DNA of 64,000 nt from Eledone cirrhosa (GCA_964016885.1 OZ024741.1:139252001-139316000), one strand, 5' to 3'; shown: positions 12,813-28,962, numbered from the stretch's first letter. Program-made: numbers and translations. Notes: generated by a model from the sequence alone, not told the origin.

Positions 12813-14974
12813 TTTACGGTATGTAAACTACTTCTGGGAGTAATATAACAGTGGATATTGAATATAGAATGTAGCGAAACAACTTAAATAATCGATTAGT
12901 GTATTGAAAATTGAAAATATCGAAATTATTGGATATATAAACTGTATGAACATCTGATGAAAGATAATTGCTAAAAATAAATAGTAAAACGAAAGATGAC
13001 CTGTAAAAGAAATGGACACCGAGAATAATTTTACAAAAAGAAAATATGAAAGATGATTTGCAATAGTCGAAAATGATTATCGGAGAGGGAAAAAAAGCAG
13101 GAAAAAATATAAATATCATATTACATATATTACTCTATTCTTGATATAGGCACACAGACTGACATACACATATAACTTGTTTCTAGGTATTTATGTATAT
13201 CTCCGTTGAAGGAGATTATTTTATAGAAAATGTAAGAATACTAAGCACATATTTCAAATGACTGTCGATGTGGGATAGTTAAAGTTTGAGGTAAGATTCT
13301 AAGACAATCAATATATTAACAAACCTATTATTCTCTTCTGAAAATTGTCAAATAGATACACCAGGTTCAACTTCTTTCATACATTTCTAGTTGTTCTGAA
13401 GGCAGATGGATTAGTTGTTATGGTGTTCAGTTCACATTCGTGAGGTTGCAAGTTCCACACTCGGGTAGCATGGCCCGATTTATTATTGAAATATACATTT
13501 TTTCCACGTTAATCCTGTTCACTCCGCATGAGTTGTACCTGTAATTCAATGGGGCGAATATTCGAGGAGCTGCTACATCATTCTGATAACTACATTAAGT
13601 GTGAACGTGTCTCTGGAAGGTGCAGGCTTTTCCCGTGTCAGTATATCGTGAACAATTGTCACCGTGACCCAGGGATGTCCAACTCTCTTACTCGTGTCAG
13701 TTGGTTGCTATTTCGTTTGTTTTATTTATTTGCAGATAATGATGAGACTTGGTGTACATGCTAGTGTATTGAGATATGTGCCACCAACCCGTCATTTACT
13801 TTAATCAATCTAAGTCTCTCTACTGTTAATTAATTACCGGGATGGATATAATACGACACTCTGCAGGACTGATCAACTAAGTTACAATACTAAACTCAGT
13901 TAACTTCCATCACGTCGTTACAATCACCTTTCGTTACAACATAATTAGTATTGTATACAATCCTTCTATTGTATAGACATGTAAATTCTGATTCACAGAC
14001 AAAGAGAAATACGATCGGCACTCTGTTTTATCAAGTCCCATAGCAACCTATATAATATTGCTTCTAATGTCTATTTGACGTTCAGAACTAACTACTTCAG
14101 AAAGCATATTTATTGTCCGAGTAAATCTTCCTCAACAACATACATTTACCTCGTCGTGTAGACATGATTTACATATTTATATAACATAGTTACATAGATG
14201 TGAAAATGGTTACAGTATTTTTATTGAAAGACACGGCCTGTGGTTTTAAAACAATAGGAAAATAGTCGAGAATATGAATGAATTCAGTAATTAAACTAAA
14301 TTTGGAAGTGTATGGAAGATAACAAATGTTCAGATATGGGATTATATTGCAAGGTATTATGAACAAATAATTTCAAAAAGTTGGTAAAAGAGTAGATTCA
14401 GACAATTTGGTAACGAAACATTTGAAGCTGTTTCAGTCTGGTTTAATATTCGGTTAAATTTTCCAATAAGTCGTACATTTTTTAAAATATGTTTATTTGT
14501 CTAAAAGAAAAGAGATCCATTTCAGATCCAAATACAATTTCAAATTGCATACGTAGGTAAACGTTCCATTTTCCATATTCTTCCACATATTGAATATAAC
14601 GTTTGCATCTCTTTCGTCATTAGTTCTGTCGGGAGAGTACATACGAGAGCATGTGAGATTAACTACCAACGATATATATACAGAGAGAGGGCGAGATCTA
14701 TTTTTATGATTTACAACTTATAATGTTATATACTTAGTGAAACGATATTTATAATGTTATATAGTTAGTGAAACGATATTTATAAATGTGGAATATATGT
14801 ATTGCCATCTTCATAACATTGACGATCGGTTGTCAGGAAAATGAATAACTACAACTCACAAACAAACACAAACACCACTTACATATCGTGATATGATACA
14901 TATTACATTTAATATAGGATCTGATGTTGGTATATGTTTATCTGCAGCAATATCTTCTTGCAAAACAATAAACT

Positions 14975-15051
<77 letters not shown>

Positions 15052-15057
<6 letters not shown>

Positions 15058-15575
15058 TGCAAACATTGCTAAGAGTACTGCAATCGCTTGTCAGATTACA
15101 GAGTTTGGTGCACTTTTTAGGCTACGGCCAGCCATGCAAACCTATAACACATCCTGAAAAAGTAATGACTGTGATTTGAAGGGTTTTTTCATGAGGGGAA
15201 AACCCTTGCATTCGACCCATCCCACTCTCTGAGAATCGAAAACACTAGCCGAAAAGGAGAACTGGTCAACATCATCCGATGCTTCGTATGCCGCAGCTGT
15301 TTGTTCAGAAATTACTTCTCTTAGAAATGTGTTGTGATAACAACTCGTGTTCTTTCACTCCCACGTGAAAAAAAAAAAGATATGGCTGGCCGTTGACTCT
15401 GCTTACTTCCTCCGCCCTTTACCAACTCCTGTATATCATCCCGCAGTGTGTCCAAATATCACCCTCCTCACCAAGCAAGCTTGGTGGTCTTGCCGATTTA
15501 GTCATCGACTACCCGACCATGAGACGAGTTGTACTCGGTTACATGTTAACAGTAGCACTCGAGAGCGACCTGACG
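15052..15575. repeat. Interspersed repeat whose left end is shared with 7557-7605
   Basis: gatggctgcaaac..tgctaagagta.tgcaat.g.ttgtcagatt at both loci, each following a TA/CA tract. Confidence 0.55.
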
Positions 15576-15621
<46 letters not shown>

Positions 15622-15965
15622 CTATACTTGGGGAGGGTCATATTTGTGTAATTATATTACCATAATTAATAACAGAACACCCTCACTGTTTGGTTGGTTT
15701 TCGCTTCTGTGTCTTTTGTATCGGTTAGTTTAATATATTCTGTCCTCAATATTACCTGTGAATGACCAACGGTAAAAAGTACAGATAAAATATAGACACA
15801 AACACATATATATATAGTCTAACAAGGTTCTTTCGTTGCACATCTGCAACATCGTCAGTGGTGCTATTATGTTTCCTCCTGTTGTATTGTATACCTACGC
15901 CATCTTTATTTAGTCTGTTTATTTATTTATTTTTTTCGTCTTCTCTGCGTGTGCGTATAGTGTTT
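15622..15965 (+). repeat. (TA)n-adjacent interspersed repeat, second copy at 63619-64000
   Basis: tatacttggggagggtcatatttgtgtaatatt...ttcgttgcacatctgcaacatc shared between the copies. Confidence 0.85.
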
Positions 15966-16242
15966 GATGTGTTTTCGTGTTTGGGTGACTGGGTATTGGT
16001 TATTGTATTATATCTTAGTTTACTAGTGTGTGTTTATATGTGTTTGTTGTTATTGTGCTTGTGTATGTATTTATTTATACTTCTCTTAGATCAGTATTGT
16101 TTGTTTGGCAATATTAATTCTGGCAATATTAGTACACAAATATGACCCTCCTCAAGTATAACAATATTTGTTTCGCCACACGATTTCATATCAACAACCT
16201 CGCAAAACTAATTCATCGCCGTTATATATATATATATATATA

Positions 16243-16960
<718 letters not shown>

Positions 16961-17419
16961 CGACGAAAGTGTGGTAAGGAACCAGGTGGACCATAACGAA
17001 CTCAACAAATTAATGAATTTGGTGAAGCTATATACTATGTTAAGATATAAGTACATATTGAATATTTATGATGATCATGCTTCTCAATAATAAAGGTCAA
17101 TGGACATTGGTCCAGAGCATCAATTATTTAAATTAAAAAGATATGTGTGTTTTGCGACGATCCAAGAATTTCTCCTCTCACGTCGTAATACGAGTGGCTC
17201 CAATATCTCCCTTAGTGCATTGCTTCATTATGAACGGAGACCGACGGATAACGCGCAGACGAGGCCATTTTCCACCATTGCAAGCTTTCGTATGCACATC
17301 AGTACAGCACCCTCTGAGCAGTCTATTTTTTTTAACAATGAACATACCGGCCGTCTCGGACATCAGTAAAAAGCACCCTCGGAGGAACCGAAACATTTTT
17401 CGGGAAAATGATGCGGGCG

Positions 17420-18420
17420 ATAACGTTTTAGTGTGGTGCCGGAAAAACCCTTGGCTCAATCAAGAGGTTAAAGTTGATATCCGAACAAAGAGGGTGGCCT
17501 ACACGTCTTCCTTCTTGCACTTAAAGTACACGAAAAATAGCAGCAGAAACATAAAAGGTGCCCAAAGTTAAGACATGGTGAGACATTGTGGTTAGGCTGG
17601 AATCCGACTTCAGATCAGCATATAAAGTGTTCTAGCAGACCATCTGTCAACTTTGTAATAAGAATTACTCCTCCACACCTGTTATCAGGAACGCGTCTGG
17701 GGTTCTCTTCCTTTCAGAGAGGTTCATCCTCGCCAGGTGAAGAGAATACTTCGCTGATCTTCTACACTCAAACAGAGCATCATCTTCGGATGTACACGAG
17801 GTGACATCACTAGATCACTTAAAGAGCTCAAATGTTGCAACGCCGCCGGAGGAAGATAAAAGCCGGCATGAGATAATAAGAGCCTAAATAGAAATGGTGT
17901 TCACGCAGCACACTCGCCTAAATATTCACACTGTGAGAGGTGATTCGAGAAATCATAGGAGTATTGCCAAGAGGTATATCCATATTTTGTAGGTTTCGAA
18001 AAGGCACATGACCGCGTTCCTCGGGAACTGTTGTAGGAGGTGCTGCAGGAGTATGGGATCGATGGTCAGTTTCTTGTTGCCCAGATGTCACTATAATATA
18101 AGAATGCTCGAGTATTTGTCTACGGAAAATTATACTAAATCGAAACAATTCAATGATGGAGTCGGGCTCCGTCAAAGGAGGTAGGTAGCTATACAAGCCA
18201 AACTCGCTACCTTCAGTTCGTTATTCGTGTCAGCACTTACCTATGGTCATGAATCATGGGTAATGACAGATAGTTTACGATTGTGAATACAAGTAGTCGA
18301 AATGGAGTTCCTCCGAGCGGTCATTGGAGTACGTTACTCGATAGCGCACGTAGCTAGAAGATCAGTGAATCCGAGTAAAGGCCGCCTCAGTAAAAGGAAA
18401 TTCTTCGCAGGTCGGACTGA
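17420..18420 (+). mobile_element. Degraded RTE-clade LINE
   Basis: Fragments KNPWLNQEV, FVGFEKAHDRVPRELL, LTYGHESWVMT...IQVVEMEFLRAVIGV. Confidence 0.7.
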
Positions 18421-18518
18421 GAAAATTACGAAATTGCTGATTGATGTGATCATGGCTAAAATAATCTGCAATATAGTCAAATGCAATAAATGTAATCTTT
18501 CCCCCTCATCGTGCGGGC

Positions 18519-18522
<4 letters not shown>

Positions 18523-18553
<31 letters not shown>

Positions 18554-18565
18554 AAGAAGAAGAAG

Positions 18566-18595
<30 letters not shown>
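18523..18595. repeat. (AAG)n microsatellite
   Basis: Pure AAG run. Confidence 0.97.
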
Positions 18596-18596
<1 letters not shown>

Positions 18597-20463
18597 TATA
18601 TGGGATATATAGAGATATAAACAAGCATATATCAGTTGAGAATCAGGGTGTTTTTCACACATAATAATATGAAGATACACATACTTTAAGATAGTAAATA
18701 TATATATAGAGGTCTATAGGAATTTGGAAGAATATTGGCTTCAAAACTCCGCTGATGTGCAGATTAAGAATTCCATTCTTGGCTGCAAGATCTGTATGTA
18801 ATGATATAAATAAGGTGCAGTGTGCTTGGATATAAGTTGGGTACCAAGAGAAGGTGATTCCAGTGCATGTCGAGTTTAGAACTTACGGGGAAAGCGGGAG
18901 GCCTCATAATTTATGTCCAGAGAAAAGAAAGTCGGCAATTCAGGATTTTAGATAGCTCGAGATTATTCGAGCTCCGACAGGGAGATACTAGTTTAATTTA
19001 GGTGGAAAATTCCAAGGGTAGCACAGTAGGCCCGTTGAGTAGGGGCGCGGATGAGAACGTGTATGTGAGATTTTTATCTGGTAGAATTTCTTTGAATGCA
19101 ATCGATATGTTTATATAATTTTCATCTTCAAAACAGCATAATATATTAGGATTTCGCCTGTTTGTTTTCGTGTGAAAGTAAAGGTTGTGAGTTCAATTAA
19201 ATTGAATATTGCAGTAGGAAAGCAGCTGCATGTATAATATGTATGTGAGTCTGTATTTATACTTATTTCTGTTAAAGTATGTATTTATGTTTATCTATGT
19301 GTATGCCTGTGTCTGAATGAGTGTATGTATGTTCCACGTTGTAGCCCATACATTTGCGCTTACGTTTTCAAAATTTCACATAGAGACGTATCGATAGTTT
19401 CAAGGAAAATGTATGTAACAGGCTACATGACATTTTTCTGTTTCTAAACACGTTTTCATAATGTATTTGCAGATTTGTTCTTCTAGATTTGAATACAACT
19501 GAAATGTGTTGTTTTCAAATTCTAGCCTGGAAAGAAAATAGTGCTAAATACTCCCAAGCACTGCGCACGTATTATTAAAAAGTTACTGATTAGAAGATAA
19601 TTTGTTAAAGTAATTTTGTAAAATAGTACATTATTTTAGAAAAGAAACATATTTTCCAGAAATATTTAAAATAAGATGTAAGAGTAAAATTATATTTTAT
19701 TTCCATATATGTTTTTAATTTTGTTCAATTAACTGAAGCCCAAATTGAATTATCCTGGGAACAGCTTGGGTGTAATAACTTCCAGAGGGGCCACATTATT
19801 CGACAAATTGCATAGTGTGAGCAAATGTTTCCAAAATATTATAGGGCAGCATAAAGGATTTGCTTCAGTGAGAGTTACAGGAGTGAGTAAGGCGGTTCGG
19901 TAAGGTGTCAATGTGGAATAGGTTGTTATAGCAGCGGTGGTAGGGTAGTGACCTGTATGAAAACCTTTAGAGAAGTGTTGAGACAAGTGAGCAATATGAC
20001 AAGACGAGAAATTAGATGTCGAAAGCAATGGAGGACAAGTTAGTGAGTTATGTTGGAGTGGAAGTTAGTAACAGCTAAATGAGAGCGGATGGTATAGAGT
20101 TTTTCGGGGTAAGATATTCTGGATTTAGTCAACCTCATGGTCGTGTTTCACGGCAGCAGCTGTCATAATAGTGTTCATTCTACCGCAAATAATATATGGG
20201 CATATTTGTGGAAACTGTCTCTCACAGTCATGGTCGTCACAGCTACAGGTGACAATACTGAAGCAACTGCAATATATACACGAACATCTGTATACATCCC
20301 TCTATATATATTAATATATATAATGGCTGATCTGATTATGTAATTACGTCAAAATAATGCAACTCGTGTTGTAAATGTCTATTACGTGCCAGAAAATAAA
20401 ATGCGCACACAAACACACACATACACACATATACACACCCACACACACACACACATATATATA

Positions 20464-20556
<93 letters not shown>

Positions 20557-21483
20557 GTTCGTGTATGTGTGTAAGTGAGAGGGAGATAAGATAGTAATTT
20601 GAGTGTTGTTCCTATATACATGTTTGTTTATTCTAGATATTTTTCTATGCATGATGTCTGTTCCTTCGTGTTTAAGATGTTTTCTATCCGTAATCAACTC
20701 ATGACAATAGCCATGTAGTTAATCAGTTTCTTTATATGTTCTACCATCATTTGCTGTCACGATCTTTGATGTATCTGTCATGATTTTATTTTTTGTTATT
20801 GATGAATGGCGTTTGCAAACTACTGTCTGGTCTTTCCAGCTTTTAGAAACCATGATGTAGTTTTTTATGTATTTAAATGTAACCCTCGTTCATATAGACC
20901 AAAGATCACATGCATTTAAGGCTTAATCAGCTTCCCTTAATCATACGTTGTTCAACATATCCTGTAATTATTTGAAATTGTGTAGATTAACTTAAGGAAT
21001 ATTTAACTTGCAAGTCACCTTTTTTATTTGTGATTTGTATATATGACTGTATGAGCAAGCTTTTCTTTATTTATATTCTAAGACATTCAGGTGTGTTTGC
21101 AAAATAGTTTGCCCCTATTTTTAGTAAGTCCCCTAAATATATATTGTCGCACACGTTCATTCGACAATCCATCGTTAATTAATTTATATAGTTCTTATAT
21201 CACCGACTAAGTATGGTACATTAAATTGCATGGTTCAAATACAATATATACGTTATATATATATAACTATATATATATCTACACACACACACACACATAT
21301 ATATATAAACCGACACAGACCAACACACACACAGCCACACACGCATACACACACACAAACACACACACAGGCACGCACACGCACGCACACACATACACAC
21401 CCACACACATATATATATGTATATATTATTGAGTAAAATGACACGGGGCTGGACTAGTTAAATTCTCACAAAGCTTTATTTCT

Positions 21484-21552
21484 GCAAACGCTATTTATAT
21501 TTCAGTCGCCAGGTTACGTAGGATCCTGGTGACGTCATCAGTTGTATATTGC
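21484..21552 (-). ncRNA. Type I hammerhead motif followed by AATAAA
   Basis: CTGATGA-c-gtcaccagg/cctggcgac-t-GAAAT-ataa-ATA. Proximal stem I is eroded; distal gcaa/ttgc pairs. Confidence 0.6.
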
Positions 21553-22082
21553 ATATTAGTTGTACAATAAAGGAATAATGGTAAGCACAATTCAAGAGGC
21601 TATAAGGAGAGAAAGCAGAGACAAAAATGTTGTTGACACGAAGGTGATGATATGGGCCAGTTATTGACAGTTTGGCTGACCGCCTACATATATAATTGCG
21701 TGTGCATATATGAATATAAACCATGCTTGTTTTGCTTGAGTGGTATTCATCGCCGTTACACTAACAAGGATTGAGTGGATACTTTATAAATATGAGCAGG
21801 AGGTAACACTTAAAATATTTTATCGTGTAATGCTAAGCATGATATAGATTGTCGACGATAATTCTGTACGGTTAATGGTAATATATACAATCTTCTCTCT
21901 GATAAAACACTGATACACACCAGCAGTTATAGCATTCATCTAAACAACTTCAAAGGAACAAAAAAATGTTTTTAGTATACATGATGTAGCAACTTTCCTG
22001 ATAAATATAACGAAAGTTACTTGTAGAAATTAATAAGCGTTTAGTTTCAGCGAACAGACGCTCACTAGAATTCTTATACACA

Positions 22083-22121
<39 letters not shown>

Positions 22122-22199
22122 ACACACATACACACACATACACACACAGACATACATACAGGCATACACACACATACACCTCCCACATATATATATATA

Positions 22200-22296
<97 letters not shown>

Positions 22297-22329
22297 TGAG
22301 AGAGAGAGAGAGAGAAAGAGAGAGAAAAC

Positions 22330-24357
22330 AAACATTGTCCACAAAGTGTCTACAGATGCACTGAATGAGCTGAGGACAATCGCAAGTGAAATGGCCCGTG
22401 CCGCATTCAGGGAAGACAGACAGGGCGAACAACAGAAATGCGGTAAAGAAGGAAGAAGGAATCACCAGGCGAAAAAGGGAATCCCATCAGAAAGTGACCA
22501 GTGGACAACTGTCAAAGTGAAGGACAAAACAAAAGCCGGGTCCCTGGGAAATAGGAAACCCAGGTAACCTGCATGTTCTTCAGTAAGATGATCTGCTGGT
22601 ATGGAAAAGCTGTGGCAGACTGCCGTTTCGCCCACATCAGGCGCCAGGTGGGCTACTCCAACCTGCCCATCCAAAATACACGGCCAAAACCAATACAAAC
22701 ACACGACACAGCACATAGGGTCGCTACCCCGGAAGTATGCTGATGTTGTGCGAACCAAAAGAGAGGAGATGATATGGCTATACAGACGTAATACAGTCTG
22801 CGGCAGAGATGGCAGAGAAGAGTGTGACACAACTGACCACGATTCTTCGTTTTCAGAGCCAAAGTCCCTCACACCAACACTCAAGACTTCCACAGTCAAG
22901 GGACCCAGGGTAGACTTCGCGGACACACACCAGTGTGCCATATCGACAACCACTGCTGACATCACAAATGTCACACCAGTGCAGCTGTTTGATGCCAGAG
23001 GCCTGGTGAAACTCACATACATGAGTAAAATCCTTTACCTGTGAGACCTAGACACAATTAATCAAGGAATAAGCATGGCATTAACTGAAACACACCTGAC
23101 ACTTGTATAGCAGATGCAGAATTACACATACCTATGTATACTGTATTTCGTACTGATAGGAAGGACAGAACTCGAGGTGTACTTGACTTGTAGATCCGTG
23201 AATATGTGACATCCCTTGTATTGACAGCACATTCTAATTCGGTCTGCGACACACTGATATCACATGGAAAGCAACTGAAAATGATAATATGTGTCACATA
23301 TCAGCCACCAGACGCGCCTAGTCATGAAGGTAAGTTTAAAGATAGCCTCAGAAAGATGGAAGAATTTCTTAGCAAACTGTATCAGAGTCTCAACGTAGTG
23401 CTGCTGGGAGAGTTTAACCTAGCCAAAGGTCAAATGGCTTGAGGGCCACTTCCTCTCAGGAATGACAGAGAATGTCCTGGTTCTTTACAAAGAACGATGT
23501 CCTGGATGCTTTACAAGAACGATCTTCTCGAACCATAACATAGTAAACTAATGAATATGGTCCAAGATTATCAGTAGAGACGCAACCAATAGGACGCACC
23601 GGGAATATATCCAGTCTAAACTTTTAGAAGGCTAATTAGATAGGGATTCAGCAAAACTGGAGCGACAACATCTCCATAAAAGACACCAATGTGGAATTTC
23701 AACGTTTCACGGCTACAATACAAACCATATGCCGTAGGTTTGTCTCGGAATAATAGGTCAACAGACACAACATTCTTATTCCCAAAGACAAGAAAATCCT
23801 TATTAGACGAAGAACAAACATCTGAAACAGACACCACTTGAAATTGAAACTGCACTCAAACTTTCCAATGAGAAGGAGAGGGCGGAGGTAGAATCCAGGT
23901 ATATGGAAAATAGGAAAACAAACCATAATGCCTTCTTTAAATTTGCAGAAGAGACTGTTTCCGTACAGGGAAAGATTGGCCAACCTTTCCATAAAAAAAT
24001 GGCTCTTTGACCGACTACCCTGAAGAGATAACTCAGATACTGAAGATGTAATATCAGTCATAGAAGAAATGAGTGAAAACTCAGTTGCTGGACCTGATGG
24101 ATTCCCAGCAATCCTCCTAAAAACACGCGAGAGTTCTTTAGAAAGATCACTGAAGGTCACAGATGACCCTCTTCAAAAGTATTCTGGCTAGCGGCAAACT
24201 ACCTAGAAAGCTAAAAGACGGCATATGTCATATCCATAAAAGAGGAAGCAGAACAGAGGCTAAACTGTAGAGGTCAGTTTCCCTGACCTCACATATCAGT
24301 AAGGTCATGGAACAAATCATTGAGAAGAAACTGATCACGTTCCTCTAGGAAAATCAC
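22330..24357 (+). mobile_element. Degraded CR1-group LINE (ORF1 remnant, APE endonuclease, RT N-terminus)
   Basis: ALTETHL, VTYQPP, VLLGEFNL, SVAGPDGFPAILLK and RSVSLTSHISKVMEQII motifs with many stops and frameshifts. Confidence 0.75.
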
Positions 24358-27214
24358 GGCCACAATGATGAATTCAACCTTTTATCTTCCACTTACCTGC
24401 TAGCGTCTTTTTTATCTTTTAAGCTAAGGAGTCATGACAAATTTCTTCCCATCATTTTAACTAGATAACTGGACAACTGTTGGTATGTTATGGTTCCGTA
24501 CGGCGTTTCTTGGGCATCTTAATCCTAGTTGTGCCCATCCCTCGGCAGATTATATATATATACATATAATGAAATACATATGCAAGGTATACGTATGTAT
24601 ATGTGCAAACAGTAAGCTCTCTTTCTCTCACATTCTATATTTCTGAATATGTGTACACATGTGTGTACATATATGAGGTTGAAACATTTCCTAATTATTT
24701 GACACCGTCTGCCTTAGAAATCAATTCATTCTTTAGGCATATTCTTTGTTTTAGACATCCTTATACAAACCATAATGTACCGAATAGTCCACCTTTCAAA
24801 TTTTGTATAGTATATTTTGTGACCAACGATCCGGCTATCTGTGTTCTGAGTTGTATTTCCCCCATTCAAGGTGGATAAATAAAGTACCATTTCAATAATT
24901 TAATGAAATATACATCTATATTTCTTTCTCATATTTTGCTTCACTTTCTACGGAAAAATATTTACTGATTTGGGTCTTACCATGGAACACCGTATGCCCT
25001 AGGCTTCAACGCCGCCAGGAATGTAATTCTTTACCCATATTGCATCATTCACTGACAAAAATAGTAAAACAATAATAAACATAATACCATATCATGTTAA
25101 GCACAGAAGCCCAATTATGAATGTTAAATTGTTATTTTCCCGGCTCGAGCAATATATTATTTATAAAATGATAAACAATATGAATATGTGTAACTAGAAC
25201 TTCTGAACTAACAAGGAAATGTTTATCTGCTCATAGTACCTTTGGGTCATGTATGACATAATGAAAGTAATCAAGGTTATGTATAGAGTGAGGTTGTTGA
25301 GATAATTTCATTGACACACGTGTAGCATTTCCACAACAGAATCAATCAATATCTTAGCTTAAACGAGGCTAAATATTAATGGAAATTTCAATGAAATTTT
25401 AATTTGAGATTACGGAGTAATTAATTGTTTAATTTGTTTATGGTAATTTTATAGTGAAACGCTTGAAATACCAATCTGATCGGGTGAAAATGATTTGATG
25501 TTACAGAAAACAGCTTGCCTCTTACGTTGAGTAAAAGTGGATTAACGTTTTGAATACATGAATAAAGAAGTTGTTTCTCCAATATGTTAAATGCTAAGAT
25601 GGATTAATAATAATCAAACCTTGATGATTTAAATGTTTCGTTGGTATATTTTCAACGAAATCCACAATTTCGGAATATTTTCGGAATAATTTCATGCTGT
25701 TCATGAAATAATGATATAAAGTTTTTACATAGATATATGCAATTTAATAGTAATAAGCTATGTATGCGAAAATCAGCATATATTTTAGTGTATTTGGTGT
25801 CCAAATGGTTACATTGAACTGAATATGTGTCCTAAAAACTACAAACATTTGTATATGATGACCTCCTCTACTCCGTTGGTTGACCTTCTATAAATGGCTG
25901 AAAACATCTCTTCACATCACATATCATATTAAGTTAACATGGAATGCCCTATGTGGAAAATATGGACGAAATCATGGATGTGTGATTAGGTATTTGCGAT
26001 GTGAGTTCACTGCATATTGTTCACATTACATCAAATAGAACATCATGTCAAACAAACATTGCGTAGAACCACTATGCAATTGAACGTTCCGATTCCTAGG
26101 TGGCAGGAATAATTTGACACCTTCATCTCAGCCTATAGTGAGTTTTCTTTCCGTGAGCATTCAGGTCTGGAATTCTGTCTGAGGACCAGAAACATATAAT
26201 GAGGCAATATACTTTGTATTTGAAAACCAATTCAAAGTTAATAACGATATAATGTTACGGAAAGGGCATTTTGATAGTTAAGATCTTCTGGCAAATTGTG
26301 CTGGTATTAACGAGACACTTGAATCTTGATAGGTTTTTCACACTAGAACAATAATGTATGTTTTTTGTTGTAACATCGAATGTATTACGTATTCTGCCCG
26401 TCGATTTTAAAACACTATACACGATTTAAACAATGCTATCTATAGAGCATCGAACGAACTCGTAGAGGACTCTCATTCCTGTCAGAGTATACACCAACTG
26501 AGTGGCGATAGAAATATTATCGATTCTTCGATAGGTAGTCTGGCATACTATTGATCAGATTACATTTATTACTCATCCTAAACATACTAGTCTGATGTAT
26601 CAAACATATTGCTTTGTATAAAATCAAGTACCTACGTCTGCTGAAATATTACTTCCAAAATAGAAGGAATATAATGACGTTTTCATAGAAAGGACAGTCA
26701 TTATGAATCTATAAGCCATTCTGTGCATTCTATCATATGGGAAAATAAATATTAATTTCCATATCAACTGTACATTCGTCTTTCTTAGTGTTATATAGCT
26801 TTGTTCCTTGCAATAAAACCATAGCAGAGCCTGCAATGTATACTAATTTTGTTTATGTATCTTACACCACAATTGGTGAGCAATAGACATTCTGGTTACA
26901 CGTATTCAAAGATGAATCATAGGGTCACTGCGTTTCTGAGGGTAAGAGCAACAATGAATTGTTGGTAACTCAAAAACAGAGGAACTATCAGAACTATTCG
27001 TAAACAACGTATTTTCAGTTAGGCAGGCGCATTTAGTCATGTACCCCGACTCATTTCATAACTGTAACATATTCTATCTAATCCTAAAAGTGTAAATACG
27101 GTGGTTTCCTTAATGCGATATCAAATCTGAATGAGGAGAATAAAAGAAAATTCAACAATTCATTTCTTCCGATGCTCTAAAAATTCCAACCACCCTCTAA
27201 TGATAATAATAATG

Positions 27215-27402
27215 GTGTTTGATTGAGGCACAAGGCCAAGAATTTTGGGGGAGGTGAAAGTCGATTAAATTGATCGTAATTCGTTACCACTGCTATTTTT
27301 TTTATCAACCCCGTAAAGATGGAACGCAAACCTAATTTCGGCGGGATTTTAACTCGGACGCATGTTGTCTGACGCTCTAATGATACTCTCAATTTACCGC
27401 CC
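27215..27402 (-). mobile_element. tRNA-derived SINE (major family, diverged)
   Basis: Reverse complement ccgagttaaaatcccgccgaaatt...ccatctttacggggttgataaaa...ccttgtgcc. Confidence 0.7.
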
Positions 27403-27437
27403 TAAATAATGATGAAATGATAATAATAATAATAATA

Positions 27438-28962
27438 CTTTCTTTATTAACCACAAGGCTTTAGATAAAGTAGACATTAAGGACAGTACAGGACAATACA
27501 GGACGTTACAAATGGGCATTTATGCGTGTAAAATACAAAAACAGAGGATGTAACAAAAAAAAAACAATGAAAAATTCCCCAATAGGTGGGAGACTTCCGA
27601 GGGACATTAAAAGAACATGGTGACCCTGAAATCCAGGGCAAGTGCCCTCTCCCAGTTTTCCACCTTTAATTTACAGACACATACTCAGAGTAGGCCCATT
27701 CACTCGGGCCATTCTTGCTTCTCTCACTCATCTTTCAACAAAATGCTGGGAAGAGAGCACTTCCCTCTCTACCCTGATTTTCCTTTTCAAATGAAATTTG
27801 AAAATGTTAATCAGGGCATCACTGAAGAGGTAAGTGCTCGTCTTCAGCCCTTTCAAACGTGTCCACCATACTATCTCTTTCACCATGGCCACCAGACAGA
27901 TAAAAGCTGCCTGTCCTTCCCGGCTAAATGAAGAGGGCGGGGCAATCCTCACGATGGACTCAGCTGATAGCCGGATCCGTCCTACACGCGACAGCAGATG
28001 TTCGACATAAACCCACAAGTCAGCAATGCTCGGACACTGGAGGAGTGCGTGCAGGACGGTTCCGTCGCCCTGCGCGCATCTCGGTCATGCCCGGCTGACG
28101 GCACTTCCATGCCTCTAGAGTTTATCCCAGACTGGCAAAGCTCCTCGCTAGCACTGCCAGACCAGGGATTTCTGGAAGTTGTCCATAGGCCCCGGCCCGA
28201 AAGTTCTTCCTAAGAGATTGGCTAGTTGATTTTCGTCGACGCCTAGAGGTCCTTCAAGTACGTCGTCGCTCTTCCCCTCCGCTAATGCTCTATAGAACCC
28301 CAAGGTGGAGTTTCCACCGATCACATTGCCCGATTTGTCGAGGTCTGTGAACGCCTGAAGACATTCCAGTCTCCAAGCGCTCCCTCTCGGTCTTCGCTTG
28401 ACCCAGGACTGCAGCTCCGTCAAGGCGACGAGATGGAGAAAGACGCGTGTAGCAACCGGCGACCATACCTGATCACCGTCGAGGAAGAGGTGGAGATGTC
28501 GTAGCCTGTGCGCGTGCGTGGGCATCATCAGCCACGGCATTCCCAGCCCTCAATGTAGCGGGTGTTGACAGCAGATGTACCGCCTGACCATCGGAGCGTG
28601 CCCCTCCCACAAAAAGCGAAAGAGCAAACGCTCCAGCGCAGTCAGGCGGGGCTTAGGACAAGGTACGACGATCAGTCGGTAGTAGATGACGGACGCGATG
28701 TACGCGTTAGCCACCTCCGCTCGACCTTTCAGGCATAGCTTCCTCTCCGCCCATTTCTGGGTGAGAGAAGCCACCCTACTCGTCACCTCGTCCCAGTTTT
28801 TGTCCGTCTGGAGATCGGGATCAAACCAGACCCCTAGCAATTTAACGGTCCGTCCGTCCAGCGCCTGACGATGCTGTCGGACGCCATGGATGTGCCGAGC
28901 TGCAAGCCCACCGACTTTCCCTGATTTATCTTTGCTCCTGTCACCGCTTCGTATTCCTTGAA
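27438..28962 (-). mobile_element. 5'-truncated Tx1/L1-like LINE, same family as 50503-56245
   Basis: LGVWFDPDLQTDKNWDEV...KGRAEVANAYIASVIYY, C-terminal ETVLHALLQC, and a 3' end aataaagaaag(tat)n matching 56229-56252. Confidence 0.9.

Noticed and set aside
15490-15575. Possible HDV-like ribozyme on the minus strand at the end of an interspersed repeat
   Set aside because: P1, P2 and J4/2 partly fit, but P3 and P1.1 do not pair; needs a family consensus
20570-21140. Possible Tc1/mariner-like transposase remnant on the minus strand
   Set aside because: Too degraded; no paired TIR or DDE motif readable
24900-27050. Host exons in the repeat-poor stretches (also 13750-14950, 34300-35350 and 57250-60150)
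   Set aside because: No recognisable ORF or well-supported splice pair; small exons cannot be excluded without RNA-seq
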